Of a stretch of DNA of 64,000 bases, positions 26,954 to 36,056 are shown piece after piece (the stretch's first letter is position 1; each line of letters starts with the position of its first letter). A program made the position numbers and the translations under genes. The DNA is from an uncultured Vicinamibacterales bacterium. Lineage in GTDB: Bacteria; Acidobacteriota; Vicinamibacteria; Vicinamibacterales; UBA8438. The stretch lies in the NCBI GenBank assembly GCA_958295905.1, contig OY282382.1, positions 4,134,910 to 4,198,909 on the forward strand, given 5' to 3'. The notes under the pieces are model-generated. The model did no database searches and was not told the DNA's origin. It saw only the letters and a list, made by a program, of their open reading frames with translations.

Positions 26954-28246
26954 ATGCCGTTCGCCTCCGGCGCGCGGGTGCTGATGCTCGGCTGCGCCCT
27001 GACGGCCCCCGCCGCGGCCCAGTCCACCGACGCCGGCCGGCCGCCGATAGCGCTCACCGGCCGCCTCCACTGGGACGCGGGTATCCACCCCCAGGTCGAG
27101 GACACCGGCGCCCTCGGCGGCGGCGCGCGCCGGACCGGAGTCCTGCTCCGCCGCGCCCGTCTCGGCGTGGAGGGCGCAGCCGGGCGCTTCTCCTACCTCG
27201 TCGTCGTCGACGCCGATGCCGACGCCGACGCCGGCGACCCCGCCCACGCGGTGGACATCGAACAGGCCGCGCTCTACTATTCGCCGTCGGACCGGGTCAG
27301 GATCGGTGTCGGCAAGATGAAGATTCCCGTGACGTTCGAGGAGAGCACCTCGTCCAACGACATCAGCTTCATTGAGCGCTCCCTGCCGGTCGACGTGTTC
27401 ACCGACGAAACCCTGGGTCCCAAGGTGACGAACGCCCAGGTCTGGATATACGGCCGCAACCATCTCGTCGAAGCGGCGATGCACCTCGCGCGCGATACCC
27501 GCGGCGCATCGAACGTCGAGGCCCGCGCAAAGGTGATCGGCGTCACCGGCCGGGTGGCGTTCGCTCCCGTTCGGACCGGGACGACCGTCGTGCACCTGGG
27601 CGCCTGGGTCGACCGGTCCGGGGGCTCCGTCGACGACCCGCGATGGGGCTACGGCCCCGAGCTCGAAGTCGCGGACATCCTGACCCTCTCGGGCCGCCGG
27701 CCCGAGGGCCGGTTCGACGCGCTGCTCCACCGGGGTCTCGAAGCGGCCTGGCTCAACGGTCCGTTCTGGGCGCAGGCCGAGGCGATCGGAGGGCGGTTCC
27801 GTCGCGTGGACAGACCCGACTTCGCGGCCGCCGGATGGTACGCGCAGGTCGGGTACGTGGCGGGCGGCGCCAGACGTTACGACATGCGGGAGGGGGCGTG
27901 GTCCGCGCCGGCGGTCACCCATGCGGTCACCGGCGGAGGCGCCGGCGTCGTGGAGTTCGCGCTGCGATACAGCACCGTCGACTTCGGTGAGCCGATGAAC
28001 CCGACCGATGCCCGGCCTGTAGGCGACACCGGGCATGCCGGCCGGCAATCGAACTTGACCGCGGGCGTCAACTGGTACCTCACCAGCCGCAGCCGGCTGA
28101 TGTTCAACGCGATCCACATCGACGTCGAGGGCGCCTTCGGCCTCTGTTTCGAGTCCGGACCCGCCGACGGCATGCCGGTCTCCTACGCCGCGCCGGCCAC
28201 CGGCAGCTTCCGGATCTACGGCGTACGCTGGCAGTACCAGTGGTGA
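26954..28246 (+). CDS. OprO/OprP-like phosphate-selective porin family outer-membrane protein
   Basis: ORF 26894..28246, start placed at ATG 26954 (signal MPFASGARVLMLGCALTAPAAAQ). Contains GKMKIPVTFEESTSSNDISFIERS and ends with an aromatic residue (YQW). Confidence 0.7.
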   Translation: MPFASGARVLMLGCALTAPAAAQSTDAGRPPIALTGRLHWDAGIHPQVEDTGALGGGARRTGVLLRRARLGVEGAAGRFSYLVVVDADADADAGDPAHAVDIEQAALYYSPSDRVRIGVGKMKIPVTFEESTSSNDISFIERSLPVDVFTDETLGPKVTNAQVWIYGRNHLVEAAMHLARDTRGASNVEARAKVIGVTGRVAFAPVRTGTTVVHLGAWVDRSGGSVDDPRWGYGPELEVADILTLSGRRPEGRFDALLHRGLEAAWLNGPFWAQAEAIGGRFRRVDRPDFAAAGWYAQVGYVAGGARRYDMREGAWSAPAVTHAVTGGGAGVVEFALRYSTVDFGEPMNPTDARPVGDTGHAGRQSNLTAGVNWYLTSRSRLMFNAIHIDVEGAFGLCFESGPADGMPVSYAAPATGSFRIYGVRWQYQW

Positions 28247-28274
28247 GAAACCGGCATCGGATGTGGCCACGTCA

Positions 28275-31200
28275 TCACGAGCCGGGCTCGCTCATCAGGC
28301 GGTCCATGCCCGTCTCGTAGATCTCCCGGACCTGCGCGGTGACGTCGCGGTAGCGCGCAAGCAGTTCACGCCCCGCCAGCGGCTCGCGGAGCCGGCGGGC
28401 GATGGGCTCGACCGCGTCCGGGTCGGTCGAGATGACGCCCCCGCCGGCATCGGCGGCGATGCGCTGCACCGTTTCCAGATCCCGGAGAAAGACGTAGGCA
28501 TCGCGCAACGCCGTGACCTCGCCCGGGCGCAGGACGTCGGTCCCGGGGAACGCGGCCAGCAACCGCCGCGCCCCCGCGACCCGGAACTCCGGACGGGCCG
28601 GTCCTTCTCGGAGCTGCAACACCTGCAGCAGGAAGTCGATGTCGGCGAGGCCGCCGCGGCCGCGCTTGAGATCGAGATGGTCACCGCCCGCCTCGTTGGC
28701 GAGCTCGCGCTCGATGCGGGTGCGAACCCGCCGGGCGTAGGCGGGCACGTCGAGCGACCACGGCGCGTACACGAAACGGCTGACGACGTCCTTCACCCGT
28801 TCGGCGAGAGCCGGGTCTCCACCCGCGAAGCGGCAGCGCGTCCACGCCATCCGCTCCCAGATCTCCGCGCGGTCGCGCAGATAGCGTTCGAAGGCGGTGA
28901 GGGAGATCGCGAGGGCCCCCATCCGGCCCTCGGGGCGCAGCCGGGTGTCGATCTCGTACGCGGCCCCCGCCGCCGTTCGCTTCGAGAGCAGGTCGTAGAT
29001 CGCGCGCACGAACTTCTGCTGCGGTTCGAACCAGGACGCATCGCCGGCGTAGAGGAAGACCAGATCCAAGTCCGAATGGACGGTCAGCTCGCGGCCCCCG
29101 AGCTTGCCGAGGGCGAAGACGACCCAGCCGGTCTCCGGGCTCGCAGACGGCGGTCCCGGCGGCCGATGGTGCGCGACCGCCCGCGCCGCCGCCTGCAGCG
29201 CGCAGTCGGCAACGAGCGAGAGCTTCTCGTTCAGTTGATCGAGGCGGCGCTCGGTCAGCCACTCGACGAGCGCCTTGAACTCCTGCATCGCCTTGACCCG
29301 TCGAAACGGGTCGAGGCTCGAGGCCAGGTCGGGCCCCGCCTCGACCGCGTCGAACCCCCGGACCACCTCATCCCGGAACGTGTCCGGGTCGACGACCGCG
29401 CGCACGAGAGAATCGAGCAGCTCCGGGTAGGCGGCGAGCCTTGCCGCGTAGAGATCGCCGGCGTCGAGTCCCGAGAAGAACCGCCGCCGCAACACCTCGT
29501 CATCGAGCAGCGTGCGGTAGAGGGCGCCGGCCGCGCCGGAACGGGTCGCCACGCGCCCGAAGCGGACGAGCATCCGGGCCACCCCGGACGGCGGGGTCTC
29601 GCCCTCCAGCATCGCCGCCAGCAGATTCGCCAGGAGGTTCCGCGCGGAGGACCAGCCGGGCGACGGCACCGCATCGAGCTCCCGCATGGCCGCGAGGGCG
29701 CTGTCCGGTTCGTCGACGCCGGCCGCGGCGAGGCGCGCGCGCGCGTCGACGTCGGCCATGTCCCCGGCCAGCAGCCGGAACATCGCGCGGCCGGCGAGGC
29801 CGCCGTCTTCGGCATCGTCTTCGAAGAGGCCGGCGTAGACCACGTGGACGCGGTCCCGGTGGCGGTCGAGCACCGTCTTCAGGGTATCGATGTCATCGAA
29901 CCCGAGACGCCGCGCCAGCACCCGCAGCCCGCGTTCCGTGCCGGACAGACTGTGGGTCTGCTGACCCTGCGCGACCTGCAGGCCGTGCTCGACGTTGCGG
30001 AGGAATATGTACGCCGCGGCCAGATCCTGCTGCACTTCCGCATCGATGAGCCCGTGCGACCCGAGCTGGTCGAGCGCGGTCAGGGTGTGGCCGGTGCGGA
30101 GGGCCGGCGTGGCACCGCCGTAGATGATCTGGAACACCTGCGCGAACAGCTCGATCTCGCGGATGCCCCCGCGCCCCTCCTTCACGTTCTGGTCCAGATC
30201 GCCCCGTTTTCCGTGCTCTCGGTCCGCCCGCGCCTTGTACCGGGCGAGCTCGGCGATGGCCGCATGATCGAGATACTTTCGGTACACGAAGGGGACGGTC
30301 ACCTCGACGAACCGCCGTCCGAGGTCGAGATCGCCCGCGATCGGCCGCGCCTTCAGGAGCGCGAACCGCTCGAACGTCTCGCCGAGGCTCTCGTAGTACT
30401 GGGCCGACTGCTTCAGCGAGTAGACGAGGTTGCCGCGCTGCCCCATGGGCCGGAGCCGCATGTCCACCCGGTAGAGATAGCCCTCCCCGGTGTGCTCGGT
30501 GAGCAGCATCGTGAGACGGCGTCCCAGCTTCTGATAGCGCCGGTGGGCCGTTCCGGTCCGATCGTCGGGGGCGTCGTAGACGTAGATGAGGTCGATGTCG
30601 GAGCTGTAGTTGAGATCGCCGCCGCCGAGCTTGCCCATGCCGACCACCGCGAACCGTCCCGGCAGCGGACCCTCGGCCGCCGTCTGTTCGGCCGTCGCGG
30701 CGGCCAGCACCTTGTCGACCAGCGTATCGGCCAGGTTCGACAACTGCGCGGTGGTCGCGGTCAGCGTCTCCCGGTTCAACATGCCGAAGAGGTCGGTGGC
30801 CGCGACCCGCAGCATCTCCCGGCGCTGAAACCGCTTCAGCCCGTCCACCTGATACTCGATCGTGCCGCCGCCGTCTATCAGCCGGGCGATCTCCTGGTCG
30901 TAGTCGGCGCGATCCGGCGGCGCCCCGTCCAGCGCGCTCCGCAGCCAGTCCAGGTAGCCGGGGTTGCGGATCAGAATCTCGCTGAGGAACGGCGAGGCCC
31001 CGAGAATCTGCGTCATGATGTCCAGGACGTGCGGGTCCGCCTGCAGGGTGCCGATGAACGCCGCCTTCGGCGTACGCGTGGCGACGTAGCGGCAGAACCC
31101 CACGACGGCCGCGTCCGGATCCGCGGTCGTGGCAATCTCGTTGAACAGCAGGGGAGCGAGATGCCCCAGGGCCAGACGGCTCGTCAGGTCGTCCGCGAGC

Positions 31201-31334
31201 TGCTGCAGATGCTGGTCGGCGGCCGCGCCGTCGCGGATCCCGCACCCTTCCAGAAAGCGCGCCGCGGCCTCCGGGGACAGATCCGCCCCGAGGAAGATGT
31301 CCTTCGGCGTGACGGCGTTCGGTTCGGGCGGCAT
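28275..31334 (-). CDS. glnE: bifunctional glutamine synthetase adenylyltransferase / adenylyl-removing enzyme
   Basis: 1019 aa. Two nucleotidyltransferase modules (GKLGGGDLNYSSDIDLIYVY and GKLGGRELTVHSDLDLVFLY). Confidence 0.95.
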   Translation of the reverse strand: MPPEPNAVTPKDIFLGADLSPEAAARFLEGCGIRDGAAADQHLQQLADDLTSRLALGHLAPLLFNEIATTADPDAAVVGFCRYVATRTPKAAFIGTLQADPHVLDIMTQILGASPFLSEILIRNPGYLDWLRSALDGAPPDRADYDQEIARLIDGGGTIEYQVDGLKRFQRREMLRVAATDLFGMLNRETLTATTAQLSNLADTLVDKVLAAATAEQTAAEGPLPGRFAVVGMGKLGGGDLNYSSDIDLIYVYDAPDDRTGTAHRRYQKLGRRLTMLLTEHTGEGYLYRVDMRLRPMGQRGNLVYSLKQSAQYYESLGETFERFALLKARPIAGDLDLGRRFVEVTVPFVYRKYLDHAAIAELARYKARADREHGKRGDLDQNVKEGRGGIREIELFAQVFQIIYGGATPALRTGHTLTALDQLGSHGLIDAEVQQDLAAAYIFLRNVEHGLQVAQGQQTHSLSGTERGLRVLARRLGFDDIDTLKTVLDRHRDRVHVVYAGLFEDDAEDGGLAGRAMFRLLAGDMADVDARARLAAAGVDEPDSALAAMRELDAVPSPGWSSARNLLANLLAAMLEGETPPSGVARMLVRFGRVATRSGAAGALYRTLLDDEVLRRRFFSGLDAGDLYAARLAAYPELLDSLVRAVVDPDTFRDEVVRGFDAVEAGPDLASSLDPFRRVKAMQEFKALVEWLTERRLDQLNEKLSLVADCALQAAARAVAHHRPPGPPSASPETGWVVFALGKLGGRELTVHSDLDLVFLYAGDASWFEPQQKFVRAIYDLLSKRTAAGAAYEIDTRLRPEGRMGALAISLTAFERYLRDRAEIWERMAWTRCRFAGGDPALAERVKDVVSRFVYAPWSLDVPAYARRVRTRIERELANEAGGDHLDLKRGRGGLADIDFLLQVLQLREGPARPEFRVAGARRLLAAFPGTDVLRPGEVTALRDAYVFLRDLETVQRIAADAGGGVISTDPDAVEPIARRLREPLAGRELLARYRDVTAQVREIYETGMDRLMSEPGS

Positions 31335-31421
31335 ACTGGCATCCCCGGGAGCCCGCGGCGACCGCCCCGCTGCGGGCTCCCGGAGGGGCTCGACGCAGCA
31401 CGCGGGCTCGCCGCGGGCTCG

Positions 31422-31544
31422 GGTGCAGACTCCTGGCTAGGAGTCTGCACCACAGTAATTACAACCATATATTGCGGAGCGCCGGTGATTGACCGCTACA
31501 TATTGCGTCAGATCGGACCCAAACCGTTCTGCGGCGCAGACTTC
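31422..31544. repeat. MITE-like element (family B) copy 1, 105 bp (31440-31544), plus an abutting inverted terminal copy forming a perfect hairpin (31422-31451)
   Basis: Termini are GGAGTCTGCACCACAG...CTGCGGCGCAGACTTC. The reverse complement aligns at about 78% (by eye) with 48947-49057. GGTGCAGACTCC-TGGCTA-GGAGTCTGCACC is a 12-13 bp perfect stem. Confidence 0.75.
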
Positions 31545-31876
31545 TAGGTGATGTCCGTCTCCCCGGTCCGGATGACCCAGCTCTGCTCGACCGGCAACAC
31601 GAACACCCGGCCGTCGCCGATCTCCCCGGTGCGGGCGGCGTCCATGATGACCTCGACGGCGGCGTCGACGGCCTCGTCGGCCACGACGATCTCGATCTTG
31701 GTCTTCGGCAGCAGGCTGATGTCGTACTCCCGCCCGCGATAGACGGTGGTGTGGCCGCGCTGGCGGCCGTGTCCCCGCACCTCGGTGACGGTGATGCCGG
31801 CGATGCCACGCTTCGCGAGCCCATCCCTGATGATGTCGACCTTGCTGGGCCGGACGATGGCTTTGATCAGCTTCAT
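31544..31876 (-). CDS. glnB: nitrogen regulatory protein P-II
   Basis: 110 aa. MKLIKAIVRPSKVDIIRDGLAKRGIAGITVTEVRGHGRQRGHTTVYRGREY. T-loop Tyr is present. Confidence 0.95.
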   Translation of the reverse strand: MKLIKAIVRPSKVDIIRDGLAKRGIAGITVTEVRGHGRQRGHTTVYRGREYDISLLPKTKIEIVVADEAVDAAVEVIMDAARTGEIGDGRVFVLPVEQSWVIRTGETDIT

Positions 31877-32158
31877 TTACGGTATCCGCGTGCGGCTCAC
31901 CGGGCCTGCGCCCCGATCCGGTTCAGTACGTCCCGCAGATGGAGTGTACACATTTCCCGGGTCGCTCGAAACACCCCGCCCTTCGGGACCGCTCGTCTTG
32001 GCGGACTATCATAACGGACGGGGGAAGGGTCCGGCGCGCCCGGCGCGGACCGGCGCGGCCGGCGCGGGCGCCCGGTAGCGGTTGTGGTACGATTGCGCGG
32101 CGGGCGTACGGCGCCGCCCACGGCAATCAGGCCTCCAGTTCGAGACGAGTCGCACCGT

Positions 32159-33313
32159 ATGGTCGTCGGCATCCCGGCAGAAACCTTCCCCGGCGAGCGG
32201 CGCGTCGCCACCGTTCCGGCGGTGCTTCCAGCCCTGATCAAGGCCGGCCTCGACGTACTCCTGGAACCCGGCGCCGGCGCGGCGGCGGGATTCGGCGACT
32301 CGAGCTACGTCGACAAGGGGGCCGCCCTCGCGGTCGATCGAGCCCACGTCTTCGCCGCCGCCGACGTCGTTCTGCAGGTGCGCACGCTCGGCGCCAATCC
32401 GGACGCCGGGCGCGCCGACCTGGAGCTGCTGCGGACCGGACAGGTGGTCATCGGCCTGTCCGAGCCGCTCGGGGAACCGGGGGCGGCCCGCGACCTCGCG
32501 GCCCGCGGCGTCACCGCGTTCTCGATGGAGCTGATTCCGCGGATCACCCGCGCCCAGAGCATGGACGCCCTGTCGTCGATGGCCACCATCGCCGGGTACA
32601 AGGCGGTGCTGGTGGCGGCCGAGACCCTGCCGCGCATGTTCCCGATGATGATGACGGCGGCCGGGACCGTCACGCCCGCCCGGGTGTTCGTGGTGGGGGC
32701 GGGAGTGGCCGGGTTGCAGGCCATCGCGAGCGCCCGCCGCCTGGGCGCCAAGGTCGAGGCGTACGACGTGAGACCCGCGGTCAAGGAGCAGGTGGAGAGC
32801 CTCGGCGCCTCGTTCGTGGACCTCCCGCTCGACACCCGCGAATCGGAGGACGCGGGCGGCTACGCCAAGGTCCAGGACGAGACGTTCTACGCGCGGCAGC
32901 GCGGGATGATGGGCCGCGTCGTGGCCGGCAGCGACGTCGTCATCACCACCGCCCTGATCCCCGGACGGCCGGCTCCGGTGCTGGTGACCGACGAGATGGT
33001 GGCGGGGATGAACCCCGGCTCGGTGGTGGTGGACCTGGCGGCCGAGCGGGGCGGCAACGTCGAACCGTCGCAACCCGACGACGTGGTGACCGCGCACGGG
33101 GTCACCGTGCTCGGCCCGACCAACCTGCCGTCCACGGTGCCGTATCACGCCAGTCAGATGTACGCCCGGAACGTGTCGGCGCTGCTGCTGCATCTCGTCC
33201 GGGACGGCGCGGTGGCGCTCGACCCCGACGACGAGATCACGACGGGCACGCTGGTGTCGCGCGACGGCGGGGTCGTGCACCCGCGGGTCCGCGCGCTCCT
33301 CGAACCGGCCTGA
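32159..33313 (+). CDS. pntAA: NAD(P) transhydrogenase subunit alpha part 1
   Basis: MVVGIPAETFPGERRVA..., ITRAQSMDALSSMATIAGYKAV, VVGAGVAGLQAIASARRLGA. Confidence 0.95.
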   Translation: MVVGIPAETFPGERRVATVPAVLPALIKAGLDVLLEPGAGAAAGFGDSSYVDKGAALAVDRAHVFAAADVVLQVRTLGANPDAGRADLELLRTGQVVIGLSEPLGEPGAARDLAARGVTAFSMELIPRITRAQSMDALSSMATIAGYKAVLVAAETLPRMFPMMMTAAGTVTPARVFVVGAGVAGLQAIASARRLGAKVEAYDVRPAVKEQVESLGASFVDLPLDTRESEDAGGYAKVQDETFYARQRGMMGRVVAGSDVVITTALIPGRPAPVLVTDEMVAGMNPGSVVVDLAAERGGNVEPSQPDDVVTAHGVTVLGPTNLPSTVPYHASQMYARNVSALLLHLVRDGAVALDPDDEITTGTLVSRDGGVVHPRVRALLEPA

Positions 33314-33333
33314 CGTTGCGCCGAGGTGGCCCC

Positions 33334-33612
33334 ATGGATGCGTTCCTGCCCCTGTTGACGATCTTCATGCTGGCCGTCTTCGTCGGCTTCGAGATCATCA
33401 CGAAGGTACCGCCGCTGCTCCACACGCCGCTGATGTCCGGCAGCAACGCGATCTCCGGCATCACCATCATCGGGGCGCTCCTGTCGGTCGCGGCCGAGGG
33501 CCGCCTCAGCACCATCCTCGGCTTCGCGGCCCTGGTGCTCGCCACCGTCAACGTGGTCGGCGGATTCCTGGTGACCCACCGCATGGTGGGCATGTTCAAG
33601 AAGAAGGATTAG
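33334..33612 (+). CDS. pntAB: NAD(P) transhydrogenase subunit alpha part 2 (membrane)
   Basis: MDAFLPLLTIFMLAVFVGFEIITKVPPLLHTPLMSGSNAISGITIIGAL... 92 aa. Confidence 0.9.
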   Translation: MDAFLPLLTIFMLAVFVGFEIITKVPPLLHTPLMSGSNAISGITIIGALLSVAAEGRLSTILGFAALVLATVNVVGGFLVTHRMVGMFKKKD

Positions 33613-33617
33613 ACGGT

Positions 33618-35018
33618 GTGAGCGCTGTCTTCATCGATCTGACCTACCTCCTGGCGTCGATCCTCTTCATCTTCGGGATCAAGGGACTGACTCATCCGCG
33701 GACGGCGGTCCGCGGCAACCTGTTGGGCGCCGCCGGCATGTCGCTCGCGGTGGCCGCCACCCTCGCCGACCGCGAAGTGCTCGGCGCCGGCGCGCTGAGC
33801 TTGGGCCACATCGCGGCCGGGGTCGGGCTCGGGGCGGCCGTCGGCGCCACCCTCGCCCTCCGCATCCAGATGACTGCGATGCCCCAGATGGTGGCGTTGC
33901 TGAACGCGTTCGGGGGCGGCGCCTCGGCCCTCATCGCGGGGGCGGTGCTGAGCACCGGCGGCGACCCGACGGCGCAGACCGCGGTGGCCACCGTCGCCTC
34001 CGGCATCATCGGGTCGGTGACGTTCTTCGGCAGCCTCGTCGCTTTCGACAAGCTGCAGGGGCTGCTGCTGCCGGACCGGCCCGTGCACTTCCCCGCCCAG
34101 CAGGCGATCAACGTGCTGCTCGGGGTGGGCGCCCTCGCCCTCGGGGCGCTCGTCGTCGGCGACCCCGGCGACCTCACGAACTATGCCCGGCTCGTGGCCG
34201 TCGGATCGGTGCTCGGGGTGCTCCTGACGATTCCCATCGGGGGCGCCGACATGCCCGTCGCCATCGCCCTGCTCAACTCCTATTCGGGACTCGCCGCCGC
34301 CTCCACCGGGTTCGTGCTGGACAACAACATCCTCATCATCACCGGTTCGCTCGTGGGCGCCTCCGGCTTGATCCTGACGCGGATCATGTGCAAGGCGATG
34401 AACCGCTCGCTGATGAACGTCCTGCTGGGGGCCATCGGTCCCGACGTCGTCGGCGCCGCCGCCGGCGCCGACGACGTCTACGCCGGGCGGATCAAGAGCG
34501 CCGCGCCGGAAGAGGTGGCGATGCTGTTCGACGGCGCGCGGCGGGTGGTGGTGGTGCCCGGCTACGGCATGGCGGTGGCGCAGGCGCAGCACCAGGTGCG
34601 CGACCTCGCCAACCTCCTCGAATCGCGGGGCACGGAGGTGGAGTTCGCGATTCACCCGGTGGCGGGACGCATGCCCGGCCACATGAACGTGCTGCTGGCC
34701 GAGGCGGACGTCGACTACGACAAGCTGCGGGAGATGGACGACGTCAACCCGTCGTTCGCACAGACGGACGTCTCCCTCGTCATCGGCGCCAACGACATCG
34801 TCAACCCCGATGCCCGGACCGATCCGTCCAGTCCGATCGCGGGGATGCCGATCCTCGACGTCGACAAGTCCGGCACCGTCGTCGTCGTCAAGCGCAGCCT
34901 GTCGCCGGGCTTCGCGGGCGTTCCGAACCCGCTCTTCGCCGCCGACAACACCCTGATGCTGTTCGCCGACGGCAAGCAGGCGGTGCTCGATCTCATTGCC
35001 GCCGTCAAGGAGTCCTGA
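33618..35018 (+). CDS. pntB: NAD(P) transhydrogenase subunit beta
   Basis: GTG start at 33618. 466 aa. VVPGYGMAVAQAQHQV and GANDIVNP are present. Confidence 0.95.
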   Translation: MSAVFIDLTYLLASILFIFGIKGLTHPRTAVRGNLLGAAGMSLAVAATLADREVLGAGALSLGHIAAGVGLGAAVGATLALRIQMTAMPQMVALLNAFGGGASALIAGAVLSTGGDPTAQTAVATVASGIIGSVTFFGSLVAFDKLQGLLLPDRPVHFPAQQAINVLLGVGALALGALVVGDPGDLTNYARLVAVGSVLGVLLTIPIGGADMPVAIALLNSYSGLAAASTGFVLDNNILIITGSLVGASGLILTRIMCKAMNRSLMNVLLGAIGPDVVGAAAGADDVYAGRIKSAAPEEVAMLFDGARRVVVVPGYGMAVAQAQHQVRDLANLLESRGTEVEFAIHPVAGRMPGHMNVLLAEADVDYDKLREMDDVNPSFAQTDVSLVIGANDIVNPDARTDPSSPIAGMPILDVDKSGTVVVVKRSLSPGFAGVPNPLFAADNTLMLFADGKQAVLDLIAAVKES

Positions 35019-35126
35019 TTCCGGCCGGCGCGCGCGGCGGCCGACCGCGTCGGCGATCCGCGAAGCCCGGGTTGAAACCGGGCGCCGGATCAGGCCGCGG
35101 CGCCTCCACCCGGCGTCCCCCCCCTC

Positions 35127-35960
35127 GTGACGACGACCGGAAAGCGAAGTCTGACAATGACGTCGTCGACGGATCCGCCGGTGGTGCTGAAGTTGACCGG
35201 CGTGCGGCTGATCCGCGACCGTGCGACCATCCTCGAGGGGATCAACTGGCAGGTGCGCGCCGGCGAGCGTTGGGTCGTGCTGGGGCCCAACGGCAGCGGC
35301 AAAACCTCGCTGTGCCAGATTCTCACCCTCTACCAGCACCCCTCGGCGGGCGCCGTCACCGTGCTCGGCGGCGAGCTGGGCCGCGTCGACGTGCGGGCCC
35401 TCCGCCTGCGCATCGGGAGCACCAGCGCCGCCCTCGCCGCGATGATCCCGCCCGCCCTGACCGCCGAGCAGATCGTGGTCGCCGGCAAGCAGGCCGCCCT
35501 GGCCCCCTGGTGGCACCGCTACGACGAGGCCGATTGGGACCACGCGCGGCACTGCCTTGCCCGCGTCGACTGCCTCGGACACGCCGGACAACGCTTCAGG
35601 ACGCTGTCGTCGGGCGAGCGCCAGCGTGTGCTGCTGGCCCGCGCGCTGATGTCCACGCCGGGTCTGATGGTACTGGACGAACCGAACGCCGGGCTGGACC
35701 TGCCGGGCCGCGAGCAGCTCGTGCAGACCCTGACCACGCTTGCCCGCAGCGCCGCCGGGCCGCCCATCGTGCTCGTCACCCACCACCTGGACGAGATTCC
35801 GCCCGGGTTCACCCATGCGCTGCTGCTCGCGTCGGGGCGCATCGCCGCCGCCGGTCCCATCGGGCGGGTGCTGACCCCGCCCCGGTTGTCGGCCTGCTTC
35901 GGGCTCGCCCTGCACGTCGAGCAGAGCCACGGCCGCTGGCACGCCCGGGCCGCCGGCTGA
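35127..35960 (+). CDS. orphan ABC-transporter ATP-binding protein (ModF/YlmA-like)
   Basis: Walker A GPNGSGKTS, signature LSSGERQRV, Walker B LMVLDEP. The start is GTG 35127 or ATG 35157. Confidence 0.8.
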   Translation: MTTTGKRSLTMTSSTDPPVVLKLTGVRLIRDRATILEGINWQVRAGERWVVLGPNGSGKTSLCQILTLYQHPSAGAVTVLGGELGRVDVRALRLRIGSTSAALAAMIPPALTAEQIVVAGKQAALAPWWHRYDEADWDHARHCLARVDCLGHAGQRFRTLSSGERQRVLLARALMSTPGLMVLDEPNAGLDLPGREQLVQTLTTLARSAAGPPIVLVTHHLDEIPPGFTHALLLASGRIAAAGPIGRVLTPPRLSACFGLALHVEQSHGRWHARAAG

Positions 35961-36056
35961 CCGGGCCCGGCGACCGATGCGGCGCCCGGTGCCACCGCAG
36001 GCTCGTCGGCGATGCGAGCCGGCACGCCGATGGCGGGCAGTCGGCTTCCCAAGCCG

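Noticed and set aside
28263-31547. 1094-aa plus-strand ORF antisense to glnE
   Set aside because: glnE on the minus strand has unambiguous twin nucleotidyltransferase motifs. The antisense ORF has no motif and a biased composition.
31877-32158. Sigma-54 promoter or NtrC site upstream of glnB, and the GTGTACAC palindrome near 31945
   Set aside because: No TGGCAC-N5-TTGC element is present on either strand. An isolated 8-bp palindrome is insufficient evidence for a regulator site.
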